DNA of 64,000 bases from Planctomycetota bacterium. GTDB lineage: Bacteria > Planctomycetota > B15-G4. The stretch lies in contig JBBQUR010000004.1 in the NCBI GenBank assembly GCA_038212275.1, forward strand, positions 64,001-128,000. Direction: 5' to 3'. This document shows positions 32,365 to 41,096 of this stretch, piece after piece (position 1 is the first letter of the stretch; the number at the start of each line of letters is the position of its first letter). The notes beneath the pieces are model-generated. The model was not told the origin of the DNA, searched no databases, and saw nothing but the letters and a program-made list of their open reading frames with translations. The translations under genes and the position numbers were made by a program.

Positions 32365-35300
32365 CCAGCGTCGAAATCCACGGCTTCAAGTCCTTCGCCG
32401 ACATGACCAAGCTGCACCTGCCGGCGGGGCTCACAGCCGTGGTCGGGCCGAATGGCTGCGGCAAGTCGAACGTCATCGACGCCATCAAGTGGGCTCTCGG
32501 CGAGCAGAAGGCCTCCGCGCTGCGCGGTGACGAGATGCTCGACGTCATCTTCAAGGGCAACGGCGCACGGCCCGCACGCAACTACGCCGAGGTCTCGCTC
32601 GTCTTCGACAACGAGGACCACACGCTGCCGGTCGAGTTCAACGAGGTCACGGTGACGCGTCGCCTGTTCCGTTCGGGCGAGAGCGAGTACCTCATCAATC
32701 GCCAGCCGCAGCGCCTGAAGGATGTGCGCAACCTGTTCATGGACACGGGCCTCGGCATGGGCGCCTACTCGATCATGGAGCAGGGACGCATCGACGCGAT
32801 CCTCTCCGCCGACGCGCAGGACCGCCGGCGCATCTTCGAGGAAGCGGCCGGCGTCTCGCGCTACCGGTCCCGGCGCCGCGAGACGGAGGCGCGCCTCGAA
32901 CGCACCGAGCAGAATCTGCTGCGCCTGGGCGATGTCATCGAAGAGCTCGAGAAGCAGGTGCGCTCGCTCAAGAACCAGGCGGGGAGGGCGCGCAGCTATC
33001 TTGCCGCGCGCGATCGCCTGCGCGGGCTGAAGGCGCGCTTCTATAGCCACCGCTGGGAGGAGCTCGGCGCACGCGTGACCGAACTCACGGAAGCCGCGGC
33101 GGCCGGCGAGCGCCAGGAAGCGGAGGCGCGCGAGCTGCTCGACACCTGCCGCGCGGAACACGGCGCGCTGCAGGAGGCGCTCGCGCTGGCACGGACCGAG
33201 GTCGATGCTGCGGCCGAACTCTTCCGGCAGTCCACGAGCGCGGCGGAGACCGTCGCCACACGGCGTGCCGCGGTGCAGGATCGCCTCGCGGAATCCGAGG
33301 CGCGCAGCGGGCAGTTGCAGGACCGCCTGGCGGGCCTGCAGGCTGCGCTCGACGAGCGGCGGCGCGAGGCAGAGGCGATGGCGGGGCGCCTGGACGAGCT
33401 GCGCGCGGAACGCAGCGCCAGCGAGACCGGCCTGGGCGAGCGTGAAACGGCTGGCCTCAAGGCGGAGGTCGCGCTCGTCGACTGGCGCGGCGCGGACGAT
33501 CAGCGCCGCCGGACGGCGCTCGAGCGGCAGTCGGAACTCACGCGCGAGGGCAATCGTCGCGCGGACAGCAGCGCGCGTCACGCCGCCAGCGCATCCAGCC
33601 ATGCGCGCGTGGGCGAGCGGGCCGCGGAGCTGCGCCGCCAGGTGCAGGCGCTCTCCGACCTGCGTGGCGAGCTCACCGCCGGCGTGCAGAGCCTCGAGAG
33701 CGCGCTGCTCGAGGCGCGCGAGCGACTGACGGCTGCGCGCGAGGGACGCCAGGCCGCGATGGCCGGCATCGCGTCACTCGACGCGTCGCTGCTCGGCCTG
33801 CGCGAACGTTTCACGGCCGCCGACTCGCGCCGACAGACGCTGGCCGAGCTGATCGCGCGCCGCGAAGGCGTGTCGCGCGGCGCCGTGGCGCTGCTGGAGT
33901 CCGGCCTGCCGGGCATCGAAGGCCTGGTGGTGGACCGCCTGCGCGCCCCGCGCAAGCTGTCCGAGGCCGTCGAGGCCGCGCTCGGCGCGAGTGCGGAGGC
34001 CGTGCTCGTCGCCTCCCGTGCCGATGCTCTCGGCGCGTTGCAATTCCTGGGCGAGCAGGGCGCCGGCCGCGTGCTGCTGCTGCCGCGCGACGGGCTGCGG
34101 GCGCGCGAGGGCGCGAGCGACGGCGAGCGACTGCTGGACCGCCTCAAGGTGCTCGGAGAGCACGAGGCGCTGGAAGCGCTGCTCGGTCACGTGAGGCTCG
34201 TGCCCGATCGTGAAGCGCTCGCGCACTGCCAGGCCGACGGCGCCACGGTATGGGTCACGCTGCAGGGCGAGATCCTCGATGAGCGCGGCCTGTTGCGCGG
34301 CGGCCGGTCGGGTGGCGAGGGCGGCCTCGTGACGCGCCAGGCCGAGTGCGACGCGCTGGCAGCCGAGACGGCCGAACTGCGCGATCAACTCGCCGCCTTG
34401 CAGCAGACGCGGCTCGGCCACGAGCAGGCGCTGGCAGAAGCGCAGGAGCATCTGCTGCAGTGCGAGGCGGCGGCGCGGGTCGTCGAGGCCGAGCGGCAGC
34501 AGACGGCGGAACGCAGCCGGCAGGTCGGCATGCAGGCGCAGACCCTGGAGCGCGACCTCGCCGTCACCGAGAAGGACGTCGCGGCGATGGAGCGCACGCT
34601 GGCCGAAGAAGCCGCCGTGCGCGATGCGGCCGCGGCGCGCGAGCAGGAGCTGCTTGCGCTGGTGGAAACCGACCGGCAACTCGCCACGGCCGCGGAGGCC
34701 CGGCGCGAGGCGCTCGAGCAGTCGCTCAGCGAGGCCCGTGCGGCCGCGGCCGAGGCGCGCCTGCAGTATTCGACGCTGCGCGAGCGGCAGCAGGCGCTGG
34801 AGGGCGAGGCCCGGCAGGTTGCACGCGCTGCCGAGGAGCGGGCGGGCGAGCTGGCCACGACGCAGGCGGAGATCACGTCGCTGGGCGCGACAGGACTGGC
34901 GCTGCGGCAGGAGGCGTCGGAGCTCGAGGCACGCGAACTGGCCCTGTGCGAGGAGCGCGATGCCGCGGCCGGCGCCCTGGTGGAGCGACGGCGCACGGCC
35001 AGCGACGTGAGCGAGCGGCTGCTCGCGGCGCAACGCCTCGTCGGTACGGCGGAGACCGGCCTGTCGGTGGCCGGCGAAGCGGTCTCGAAGCAGCGGCTGC
35101 GGCAGCAGGAAGCCACGATCCACCGCGAGACCTTGCGCGAGAAGGTGCGCGAGGAACTCGAGGTGGACCTCGCAACGCACACCCTCGCCTTGCTCCCGCT
35201 TCCGGGCGAAGAGCCCGAGGAGGGCGAGGCTCCTGCCGACGGCGCGGACGTCACCGCGTCGGCGTCGGCGTCGGCCTCCGCCGATCCGGAGCTTTCGGAC

Positions 35301-36083
35301 TGGGAGTCGATCGAGGCGGAGATCGAGCGCCTGCGGGAACGCATGTCGCGCATGGGCAATGTGAACCTCGCGGCGCTGGACGAGCTGGCCGAGGTCGAGC
35401 AGCGCCTCAGCTTCCTCGTGGGCCAGCGCGACGACCTGCTCGCCGCGCGCGGCACGCTCATGGACACGATCTCGATGGTGAACCGCGAATCGCGCGAGCG
35501 CTTCGTCGAGACCTTCGAGCTGATCCGCGAGCACTTCCGGCACATCTTCCGCAAACTGTTCCACGGCGGCCGCGCCGACGTCTTTCTCGTCGAGGGCGTG
35601 GACGTCCTCGAGGCGGGCATCGAGATCGTGGCCGCGCCGCCGGGCAAGGACCCGCGCTCGATCAGCCTGCTGTCGGGCGGCGAGCGCACGCTCACGGCAG
35701 TGGGCCTGCTGTTCGCCTTGTTCCGTGCGAAGCCGAGTCCCGTCTGCATGCTCGACGAGGTGGATGCGGCCCTCGACGAGACGAACATCGACCGCTTCTG
35801 CACGGTGCTCGAGGACTTCCTCGGCGGCAGCCAGTTCCTCGTGGTGACGCACGCGCGCCGCACGATGAGTTACGCCGACACGCTCTACGGCATCACGATG
35901 CAGGAGCACGGCGTGAGCAAGGCGCTCTCGCTGACGCTGCGCGAGTACGATCAGAAGCAGGCGACGGCGCACGGTCCGGCGGACGCCGAGGCCGCGCCGG
36001 TCGACGCGGCGCCGGCGGCGTCGGTGCCGCGAGCGCGCGTCGCCTCGGCGCTGGATTCCACGGAAGCCGCGGCAGGCCACTGA
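32355..36083 (+). CDS. smc: Chromosome segregation protein SMC
   Basis: GFKSF, GPNGCGKSN, EQG Q-loop, coiled coils and hinge, LSGGE, MLDEVDAALD. Confidence 0.97.
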   Translation: MRLTSVEIHGFKSFADMTKLHLPAGLTAVVGPNGCGKSNVIDAIKWALGEQKASALRGDEMLDVIFKGNGARPARNYAEVSLVFDNEDHTLPVEFNEVTVTRRLFRSGESEYLINRQPQRLKDVRNLFMDTGLGMGAYSIMEQGRIDAILSADAQDRRRIFEEAAGVSRYRSRRRETEARLERTEQNLLRLGDVIEELEKQVRSLKNQAGRARSYLAARDRLRGLKARFYSHRWEELGARVTELTEAAAAGERQEAEARELLDTCRAEHGALQEALALARTEVDAAAELFRQSTSAAETVATRRAAVQDRLAESEARSGQLQDRLAGLQAALDERRREAEAMAGRLDELRAERSASETGLGERETAGLKAEVALVDWRGADDQRRRTALERQSELTREGNRRADSSARHAASASSHARVGERAAELRRQVQALSDLRGELTAGVQSLESALLEARERLTAAREGRQAAMAGIASLDASLLGLRERFTAADSRRQTLAELIARREGVSRGAVALLESGLPGIEGLVVDRLRAPRKLSEAVEAALGASAEAVLVASRADALGALQFLGEQGAGRVLLLPRDGLRAREGASDGERLLDRLKVLGEHEALEALLGHVRLVPDREALAHCQADGATVWVTLQGEILDERGLLRGGRSGGEGGLVTRQAECDALAAETAELRDQLAALQQTRLGHEQALAEAQEHLLQCEAAARVVEAERQQTAERSRQVGMQAQTLERDLAVTEKDVAAMERTLAEEAAVRDAAAAREQELLALVETDRQLATAAEARREALEQSLSEARAAAAEARLQYSTLRERQQALEGEARQVARAAEERAGELATTQAEITSLGATGLALRQEASELEARELALCEERDAAAGALVERRRTASDVSERLLAAQRLVGTAETGLSVAGEAVSKQRLRQQEATIHRETLREKVREELEVDLATHTLALLPLPGEEPEEGEAPADGADVTASASASASADPELSDWESIEAEIERLRERMSRMGNVNLAALDELAEVEQRLSFLVGQRDDLLAARGTLMDTISMVNRESRERFVETFELIREHFRHIFRKLFHGGRADVFLVEGVDVLEAGIEIVAAPPGKDPRSISLLSGGERTLTAVGLLFALFRAKPSPVCMLDEVDAALDETNIDRFCTVLEDFLGGSQFLVVTHARRTMSYADTLYGITMQEHGVSKALSLTLREYDQKQATAHGPADAEAAPVDAAPAASVPRARVASALDSTEAAAGH

Positions 36084-36113
36084 GCGCGGCCCGTGGCGCG
36101 CGCGTCGGTCCCT

Positions 36114-36375
36114 CGTCTCTCGAGACGCTGCGCCATCGCGACACCGATGCGCACAGCCCTCGCGAAGCGGGCGTGCCGTGCATCGGTCACGGGCCGACGA
36201 GGATCCCCGGATCCTCGTCGCAAGGGCGGACCAAGCGGAAACTCTAGGGAAAAGGGGAAGAAGGGGAGAAGAGTTTTAAGCCTGATGAGGGCAACCGCAT
36301 GGCCCGCAACACTGGTCGCTAGGATATCAGCAGACTTTGCGAGAGCAAACGCGCAGCCCGGAAATCCGGCGGTCC
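36114..36375 (+). ncRNA. Candidate structured RNA containing a hammerhead-like core
   Basis: Series of hairpins, a purine tract, and CTGATGA-GGGC...GCCC-GCAAC-ACTG-GTC at 36282-36317. Confidence 0.45.
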
Positions 36376-36424
36376 GGCAACATGCTGCACTGCGGCGCGT
36401 CCTTCCCGTGATACCGAGTGGACC

Positions 36425-37405
36425 ATGAGCCGTGCGCGCAGCATGTTCCGGTATCGGTGCGAGGATGTGCTGCTGGCGGCAACGATGGCGTGCGTATGCC
36501 GCTTGCCTGCCGCGCTGGTCCTTGCGGGCACGCGCTGCCTGGCCAGACTGGCTGCCATCGTGCTTCCGGGACGGCGGCGACATGCCCGCGAGCTCGTGCT
36601 GCAACGGCTGGGACCCGGCTGCAACGGCCGACGCGCGGACCAGATTGTCGCGGGGGCCTTCCGCACGCTCGGCTTGAACACCGTGGAGCCGATGCTGGTG
36701 GAGCGGGCGTTGCGCCGAGGTGTGCCGGATGCCGAAATCGTCACGGTGGAAGGCGCCGAACATCTGCAGGCAGCGCTTGATGCCGGTCACGGCGTGTTCA
36801 TCTGCGGCGCCCACTTCGGGGCGTGGGAACTCGGTCCGCTGCTGGTCGGCCGCCTGTTCGCGCCGATGTGGGTGGTCGCCCGGCGCCTCGACAATCCCTT
36901 CCTGGAGAGCCGCCTGCTGGCGCATCGTCAGCAGTTCACCCGAGGCAGCGTGCCGAAGGACGGCGGGGCCGCGCAGCTCGTGCGGATCCTGCGCGCCGGG
37001 GAGGCCGTCGGAATCCTCCTCGATCAGAACGCGGGACGCGGCGGCGTGATCATGGACTTCCTTGGCGCGCCCTCGAGCCACCACAGGGTGGTCGGGGTGA
37101 TGGCCCGACGCTTCGGGGCTGCGGCCCTGCCCTCCTACCTGTTGCGCGAGCCGGGGACGCTCCGCTTCCGGCTCATCTTCGAGGCGCCGATCACCGCCCG
37201 GCCCGACCTGCCGCCCGAGGAGGCCGAGCGCGACGTCGTCGCGCGGATCTCGGCCTCGCTCGCGGCCCGCGTCCGCGCCCACCCGGAACAGTACCTCTGG
37301 CTGCATGACCGATGGCGTCACGCCGTGCGGGCCGAGCGGCTCGCGCGCGCCGCGGCAGCGGGTGATTCCCGTGCGCCGGTCGCGCAGGTTACAAACGATG
37401 CCTGA
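36425..37405 (+). CDS. Lipid A late acyltransferase (LpxL/HtrB family)
   Basis: HFGAWE, RRLDNP, LLDQ, HPEQYLWLHDRWR. Confidence 0.9.
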   Translation: MSRARSMFRYRCEDVLLAATMACVCRLPAALVLAGTRCLARLAAIVLPGRRRHARELVLQRLGPGCNGRRADQIVAGAFRTLGLNTVEPMLVERALRRGVPDAEIVTVEGAEHLQAALDAGHGVFICGAHFGAWELGPLLVGRLFAPMWVVARRLDNPFLESRLLAHRQQFTRGSVPKDGGAAQLVRILRAGEAVGILLDQNAGRGGVIMDFLGAPSSHHRVVGVMARRFGAAALPSYLLREPGTLRFRLIFEAPITARPDLPPEEAERDVVARISASLAARVRAHPEQYLWLHDRWRHAVRAERLARAAAAGDSRAPVAQVTNDA

Positions 37406-38408
37406 TTCCTTCCGCTCGCCGGGTGCCATGGACTTCAAGCCGCTGGACTTCTCGCGCGTCGTGACTTCCTCGGTGAGCAACCGCAGCCACCGCGTGAGCA
37501 CGGCGCTGTTCGCACGCGCCGTGGAGGTGCCCGCCGGGGGCCCCGACGTTCTCGACAGCCTGCCCGACGTGCTCGGCGCGCGGGCCCTGCGAAGGCTGGC
37601 GGAACGCATCGTCGACGCGCGCGTGCAGGGTCGCGTGGTGTTGTTCGGCTTTGGCGGCCACGTGATCAAGACCGGCCTGTCGCCGCTGCTGATCGACCTC
37701 ATGGAGCGCGGCTTCATCCAGGCTCTGGCGACGAACGGCTCGGGCGCGATCCACGACTACGAGATCGCCGCCGTGGGGCACAGCTCCGAGGACGTGGGGC
37801 CAGGCCTCGAGAACGGCAGCTGGGGGATGGTGTCGGAGACGGCGGCTGCGCTCAATGAGGCGGCGCACCGCGCCGTCCGGGAAGACATCGGCCTCGGCGC
37901 CGCGCTCGGTCGCACGATCGCGGAGCAGAAGCTGCCCAATGCTTCGATGTCCGTGCTCGGCTCGGCTGCGCGACTCGGCATTCCGGTCACGGTGCACGTG
38001 GCACTCGGCACGGACACGGTGCACATGCACGGCAATGCGGACGGCGCCGCCATCGGGCAGGCGTCGATGGCGGACTTCCGCCTGCTGGCCTCCATCGTCG
38101 CGCGGCTGTCGCACGGCGTCTACGTGAACATGGGCTCGGCCGTCGTGCTGCCGGAGGTGTTCGTCAAGGCGCTCAACGTGGCGCGCAATCTTGGAGAGAC
38201 CGTGGAAGGCTTCGCGACGGCGAACATGGACATGCTGCGCCACTACCGACCGCGCGTGAACGTGCTGGAGCGGCCGGGAGGCGAGGCGCTGGAGATCACC
38301 GGTCATCACGAGCTGAACCTGCCGCTGCTGCGCTGGGCCGTGCTGCGCCTCGCCGCGCAGACCGGCGGCGCTGCGCCCGGCGCGAGCCCTGCGCGAGGTG
38401 CGCCATGA
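37398..38408 (+). CDS. Conserved protein with deoxyhypusine-synthase-like features
   Basis: GGHVIKTGL, ATNGSGAIHDYEIA, HVALGTD, GSAVVLPEVF, GHHELNLPLL. Confidence 0.7.
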   Translation: MPDSFRSPGAMDFKPLDFSRVVTSSVSNRSHRVSTALFARAVEVPAGGPDVLDSLPDVLGARALRRLAERIVDARVQGRVVLFGFGGHVIKTGLSPLLIDLMERGFIQALATNGSGAIHDYEIAAVGHSSEDVGPGLENGSWGMVSETAAALNEAAHRAVREDIGLGAALGRTIAEQKLPNASMSVLGSAARLGIPVTVHVALGTDTVHMHGNADGAAIGQASMADFRLLASIVARLSHGVYVNMGSAVVLPEVFVKALNVARNLGETVEGFATANMDMLRHYRPRVNVLERPGGEALEITGHHELNLPLLRWAVLRLAAQTGGAAPGASPARGAP

Positions 38409-39877
38409 GTCCCGGTCTCTCCGGACTGCTGCACCCGGCCCGCCCGCCGCGCATCCTGCTCGTGGGGGACATGATCCTCGACCGCTACCAGTATGGTTCG
38501 ACGGAGCGCGTGTCGCCCGAGGCGCCGATCGTGGTGCTGGCGGCCACGCGCGAGGAGCACCTGCTGGGAGGTTGCGGCAACGTCGCCTCGAATCTCGCCG
38601 CGCTCGGCGCGGAGGTGCGCTGCGTGTCGGTGGTGGGGCGCGACGAAGCCGCCGCACGCGTGCGCGAGCTGCTCGGAACGCACGGCATCGATGCCGGCGA
38701 CCTCGTCACGGACGCCAGCCGTCCGACGATCCGCAAGACCCGCGTGGTGAGCCAGAGCCAGCAACTGCTGCGTATCGACGAAGAACAGGTGCGTCCGCTG
38801 GATGCGGCCATCGAGGCCACGCTGCTCGAGCGCATCGAGGCGCAGATGCAGGGCGTGGACATCGTGGTCGTGTCGGACTACGGCAAGGGCGTGCTCACGG
38901 AGAGAGTGCTCGAGCGGCTCTGCCGCGCAAAGAGCGGGCCGCGCGTGCTGGTCGACCCGAAGGGCCGCAGCTACGAGCGCTATCGCGGCGCGCACATCAT
39001 CACGCCGAACAAGCTGGAAGCGGAGACCGCCACGGGCATCTCCCTCGACGAGCCGGACGGCATCCGGCGGGCCGCGCTGGAGCTGTGCCGCATCGCGAAG
39101 CTGCATGCGGCCGTCATCACGCTCGGCGCGAAGGGCATGTACTGCTGCCTCGCGGACGGCAGCCAGGAGTGGAGCATCCCCGCCGTGGCGCGTTCGGTCT
39201 ACGACGTGACGGGCGCCGGCGACACCGTGCTGGCCGTGATGGCGTTCACGCTCGCCGCCGGTGCAGGCATCGACGATGCCATGCGCCTTGCCACGCTGGC
39301 GGCGGGCATCGTCGTGCAGAAGGTGGGAGTCGTCGCCGTGACGCCCGTGGAGATCGAGCGGGCGCTGCATGACACCGTGTCGAGCGGCAGCAAGCTGCTC
39401 TCGCGCGGCGACCTCGCGGAGCGGGTCCTGCTCGAGCGGCGCGCGGGTCGTCGCGTCGTCTTCACCAACGGATGCTTCGACGTGCTGCACGTCGGGCACC
39501 TGCAGTACCTGCAGGAGGCACGGGCGCTCGGCGACGTGCTCGTCGTCGCGGTGAACGCCGACGACAGCGTGCGGCGCCTCAAGGGCGAGGGGCGCCCCGT
39601 GAACGGCCAGCAGGATCGTGCGGCGCTGCTCGCGGGCCTCGAGTGCGTGTCGCTCGTGACCGTGTTCGAGGAGGACACGCCGCTCGAGCTCATCCGCACC
39701 CTGAGCCCCGACGTGCTCGTGAAGGGCGCCGACTGGAAGGACAAGGGCGTCGTCGGCGCGGACTGGGTGGAGAGTCATGGCGGCAAGGTGGTGCTTGCCG
39801 CGGTGAAGGCCGGCTACTCGTCGACGGCGACGCTCGCGCGCATCGCCGCCGACGCCACGCCGAAGCAGGCCCGCTGA
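38405..39877 (+). CDS. hldE: Bifunctional heptose 7-phosphate kinase / heptose 1-phosphate adenylyltransferase
   Basis: GDMILDRY, RVSPEAP, SDYGKG, DVTGAGDT; FTNGCFDVLHVGH, KGADW, SST. Confidence 0.95.
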   Translation: MSPGLSGLLHPARPPRILLVGDMILDRYQYGSTERVSPEAPIVVLAATREEHLLGGCGNVASNLAALGAEVRCVSVVGRDEAAARVRELLGTHGIDAGDLVTDASRPTIRKTRVVSQSQQLLRIDEEQVRPLDAAIEATLLERIEAQMQGVDIVVVSDYGKGVLTERVLERLCRAKSGPRVLVDPKGRSYERYRGAHIITPNKLEAETATGISLDEPDGIRRAALELCRIAKLHAAVITLGAKGMYCCLADGSQEWSIPAVARSVYDVTGAGDTVLAVMAFTLAAGAGIDDAMRLATLAAGIVVQKVGVVAVTPVEIERALHDTVSSGSKLLSRGDLAERVLLERRAGRRVVFTNGCFDVLHVGHLQYLQEARALGDVLVVAVNADDSVRRLKGEGRPVNGQQDRAALLAGLECVSLVTVFEEDTPLELIRTLSPDVLVKGADWKDKGVVGADWVESHGGKVVLAAVKAGYSSTATLARIAADATPKQAR

Positions 39878-39879
39878 GC

Positions 39880-40956
39880 ATGGGTCTGCCGGGGGCGGAC
39901 GCGTCGTCGCCACGGCAGATCCTCGTGCGCCTGCCCAATCCCATCGGCGACTCCGTGATGAGCACGCCGGCGCTGCTCGCGCTGCGGGCGCACTGGCCGC
40001 AGGCGCGCATCACGGCCGTCGGCCCCGGCAGTGCGACGGCGCTGCTGGAGGGACTGCCCTGCCTGGACGAGCTGCGTCCGCTGGCCTCGCGCCGCTCGAA
40101 GGGCGGCGCCGCCGCGCTGGCCGCGGAGGCCCGCACGCTGCGCTCCACGCGCTTCGACCTCGCGCTGATCATGGCCAACTCCTTCAGCTCGGCCTGGATG
40201 ATCTGGCGCACAGGCGCCTCGCGCCGCGTCGGCTACGGCGGCGGCGGCCGGCAGCTGTTGCTCACGGACGTCGTGCCCTCGGCGCCGGAGCCGCCCTTCC
40301 ACCGCATGCCGCAGCCGATGGTCGAGTTCTACTTCCGGCTGGTGGAGCACGTGGGCGTGCCGCGCGGCGATCACCGCACGCGACTCGTCGCCACCGCGGC
40401 CGATGAAGAGCGTGCGCAGGCCTGGCTCGAGCGACACGGCCTGGCCGACGGGGCGCCGCTCTACGGCATGCACGGCGGTGCGTCCTTCGGGCCAAGCAAG
40501 CTGTGGTATCCGGAGCGCTGGGCTGCTGTGGCCGATGCCCTGCACACGCGGCACGGGGGCCGCACGATTCTGTTCTGCGGCCCAGGCGAGGAGCGCGACG
40601 TGCGCGCGATCGCAGCGGCCGCAAAGAGTCCTGTCGCCAGTGCCGCGGAGGATCCCATCGACTTGCGCACGCTGAAGGCGATCATGTCGAAGCTGTCGCT
40701 GCTCATCGCGACGGACGCCGGGCCGCGCCACGTCGGCGTGGCCTTCGATGTGCCATGCGTCGCGCTGCTGGGTCCCACGGACCCGCGCTTCTCGAACACC
40801 AACCTGCAGCACAGCGTGCTCGTTCGCACCGGCGTCGCCTGCAGCCCCTGCCACAAGAAGATCTGTCCGCTGCCCGAGCCCGCGCATCACTGCTGCATGC
40901 GGGAGATCTCGCCGGAGCACGTGCTCGCGGCCGCCGAGCGCCTGCTCCAGAGCTGA
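39880..40956 (+). CDS. waaF: LPS heptosyltransferase II (GT9)
   Basis: RLPNPIGDSVMSTP, FGPSKLW, DAGPRH, LLGPTDP, CSPC; follows hldE. Confidence 0.88.
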   Translation: MGLPGADASSPRQILVRLPNPIGDSVMSTPALLALRAHWPQARITAVGPGSATALLEGLPCLDELRPLASRRSKGGAAALAAEARTLRSTRFDLALIMANSFSSAWMIWRTGASRRVGYGGGGRQLLLTDVVPSAPEPPFHRMPQPMVEFYFRLVEHVGVPRGDHRTRLVATAADEERAQAWLERHGLADGAPLYGMHGGASFGPSKLWYPERWAAVADALHTRHGGRTILFCGPGEERDVRAIAAAAKSPVASAAEDPIDLRTLKAIMSKLSLLIATDAGPRHVGVAFDVPCVALLGPTDPRFSNTNLQHSVLVRTGVACSPCHKKICPLPEPAHHCCMREISPEHVLAAAERLLQS

Positions 40957-41096
40957 AGGCTTCGGCTCCGCGGCGGTGGCGGGCGTTTCGTCCAGCCTGC
41001 GCGGGCGCGGGGCAGCCCCGTGCCGCCGGAGTCTGGCCGGCACGGGGGCGGTGATGGCACAGTAGTCGCCCTTTCCTCTCCTCCCGGAGCGCGACG

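Noticed and set aside
32355..36083. SMC as part of a Wadjet/MksBEF defence system
   Set aside because: Canonical housekeeping SMC motifs, with no jetA/B/D-like neighbours.
36273..36310. CRISPR-repeat-like string (GTTTT...GCAAC)
   Set aside because: Single copy, with no spacers or cas genes.
36246..36341. Cobalamin riboswitch resemblance (AGGGAA...CCCGCAAC...TCAGCAGAC)
   Set aside because: It lacks the GGTG.AA.TCC T-loop element and a proper B12 box, and the downstream genes are LPS-related. An Rfam scan would settle it.
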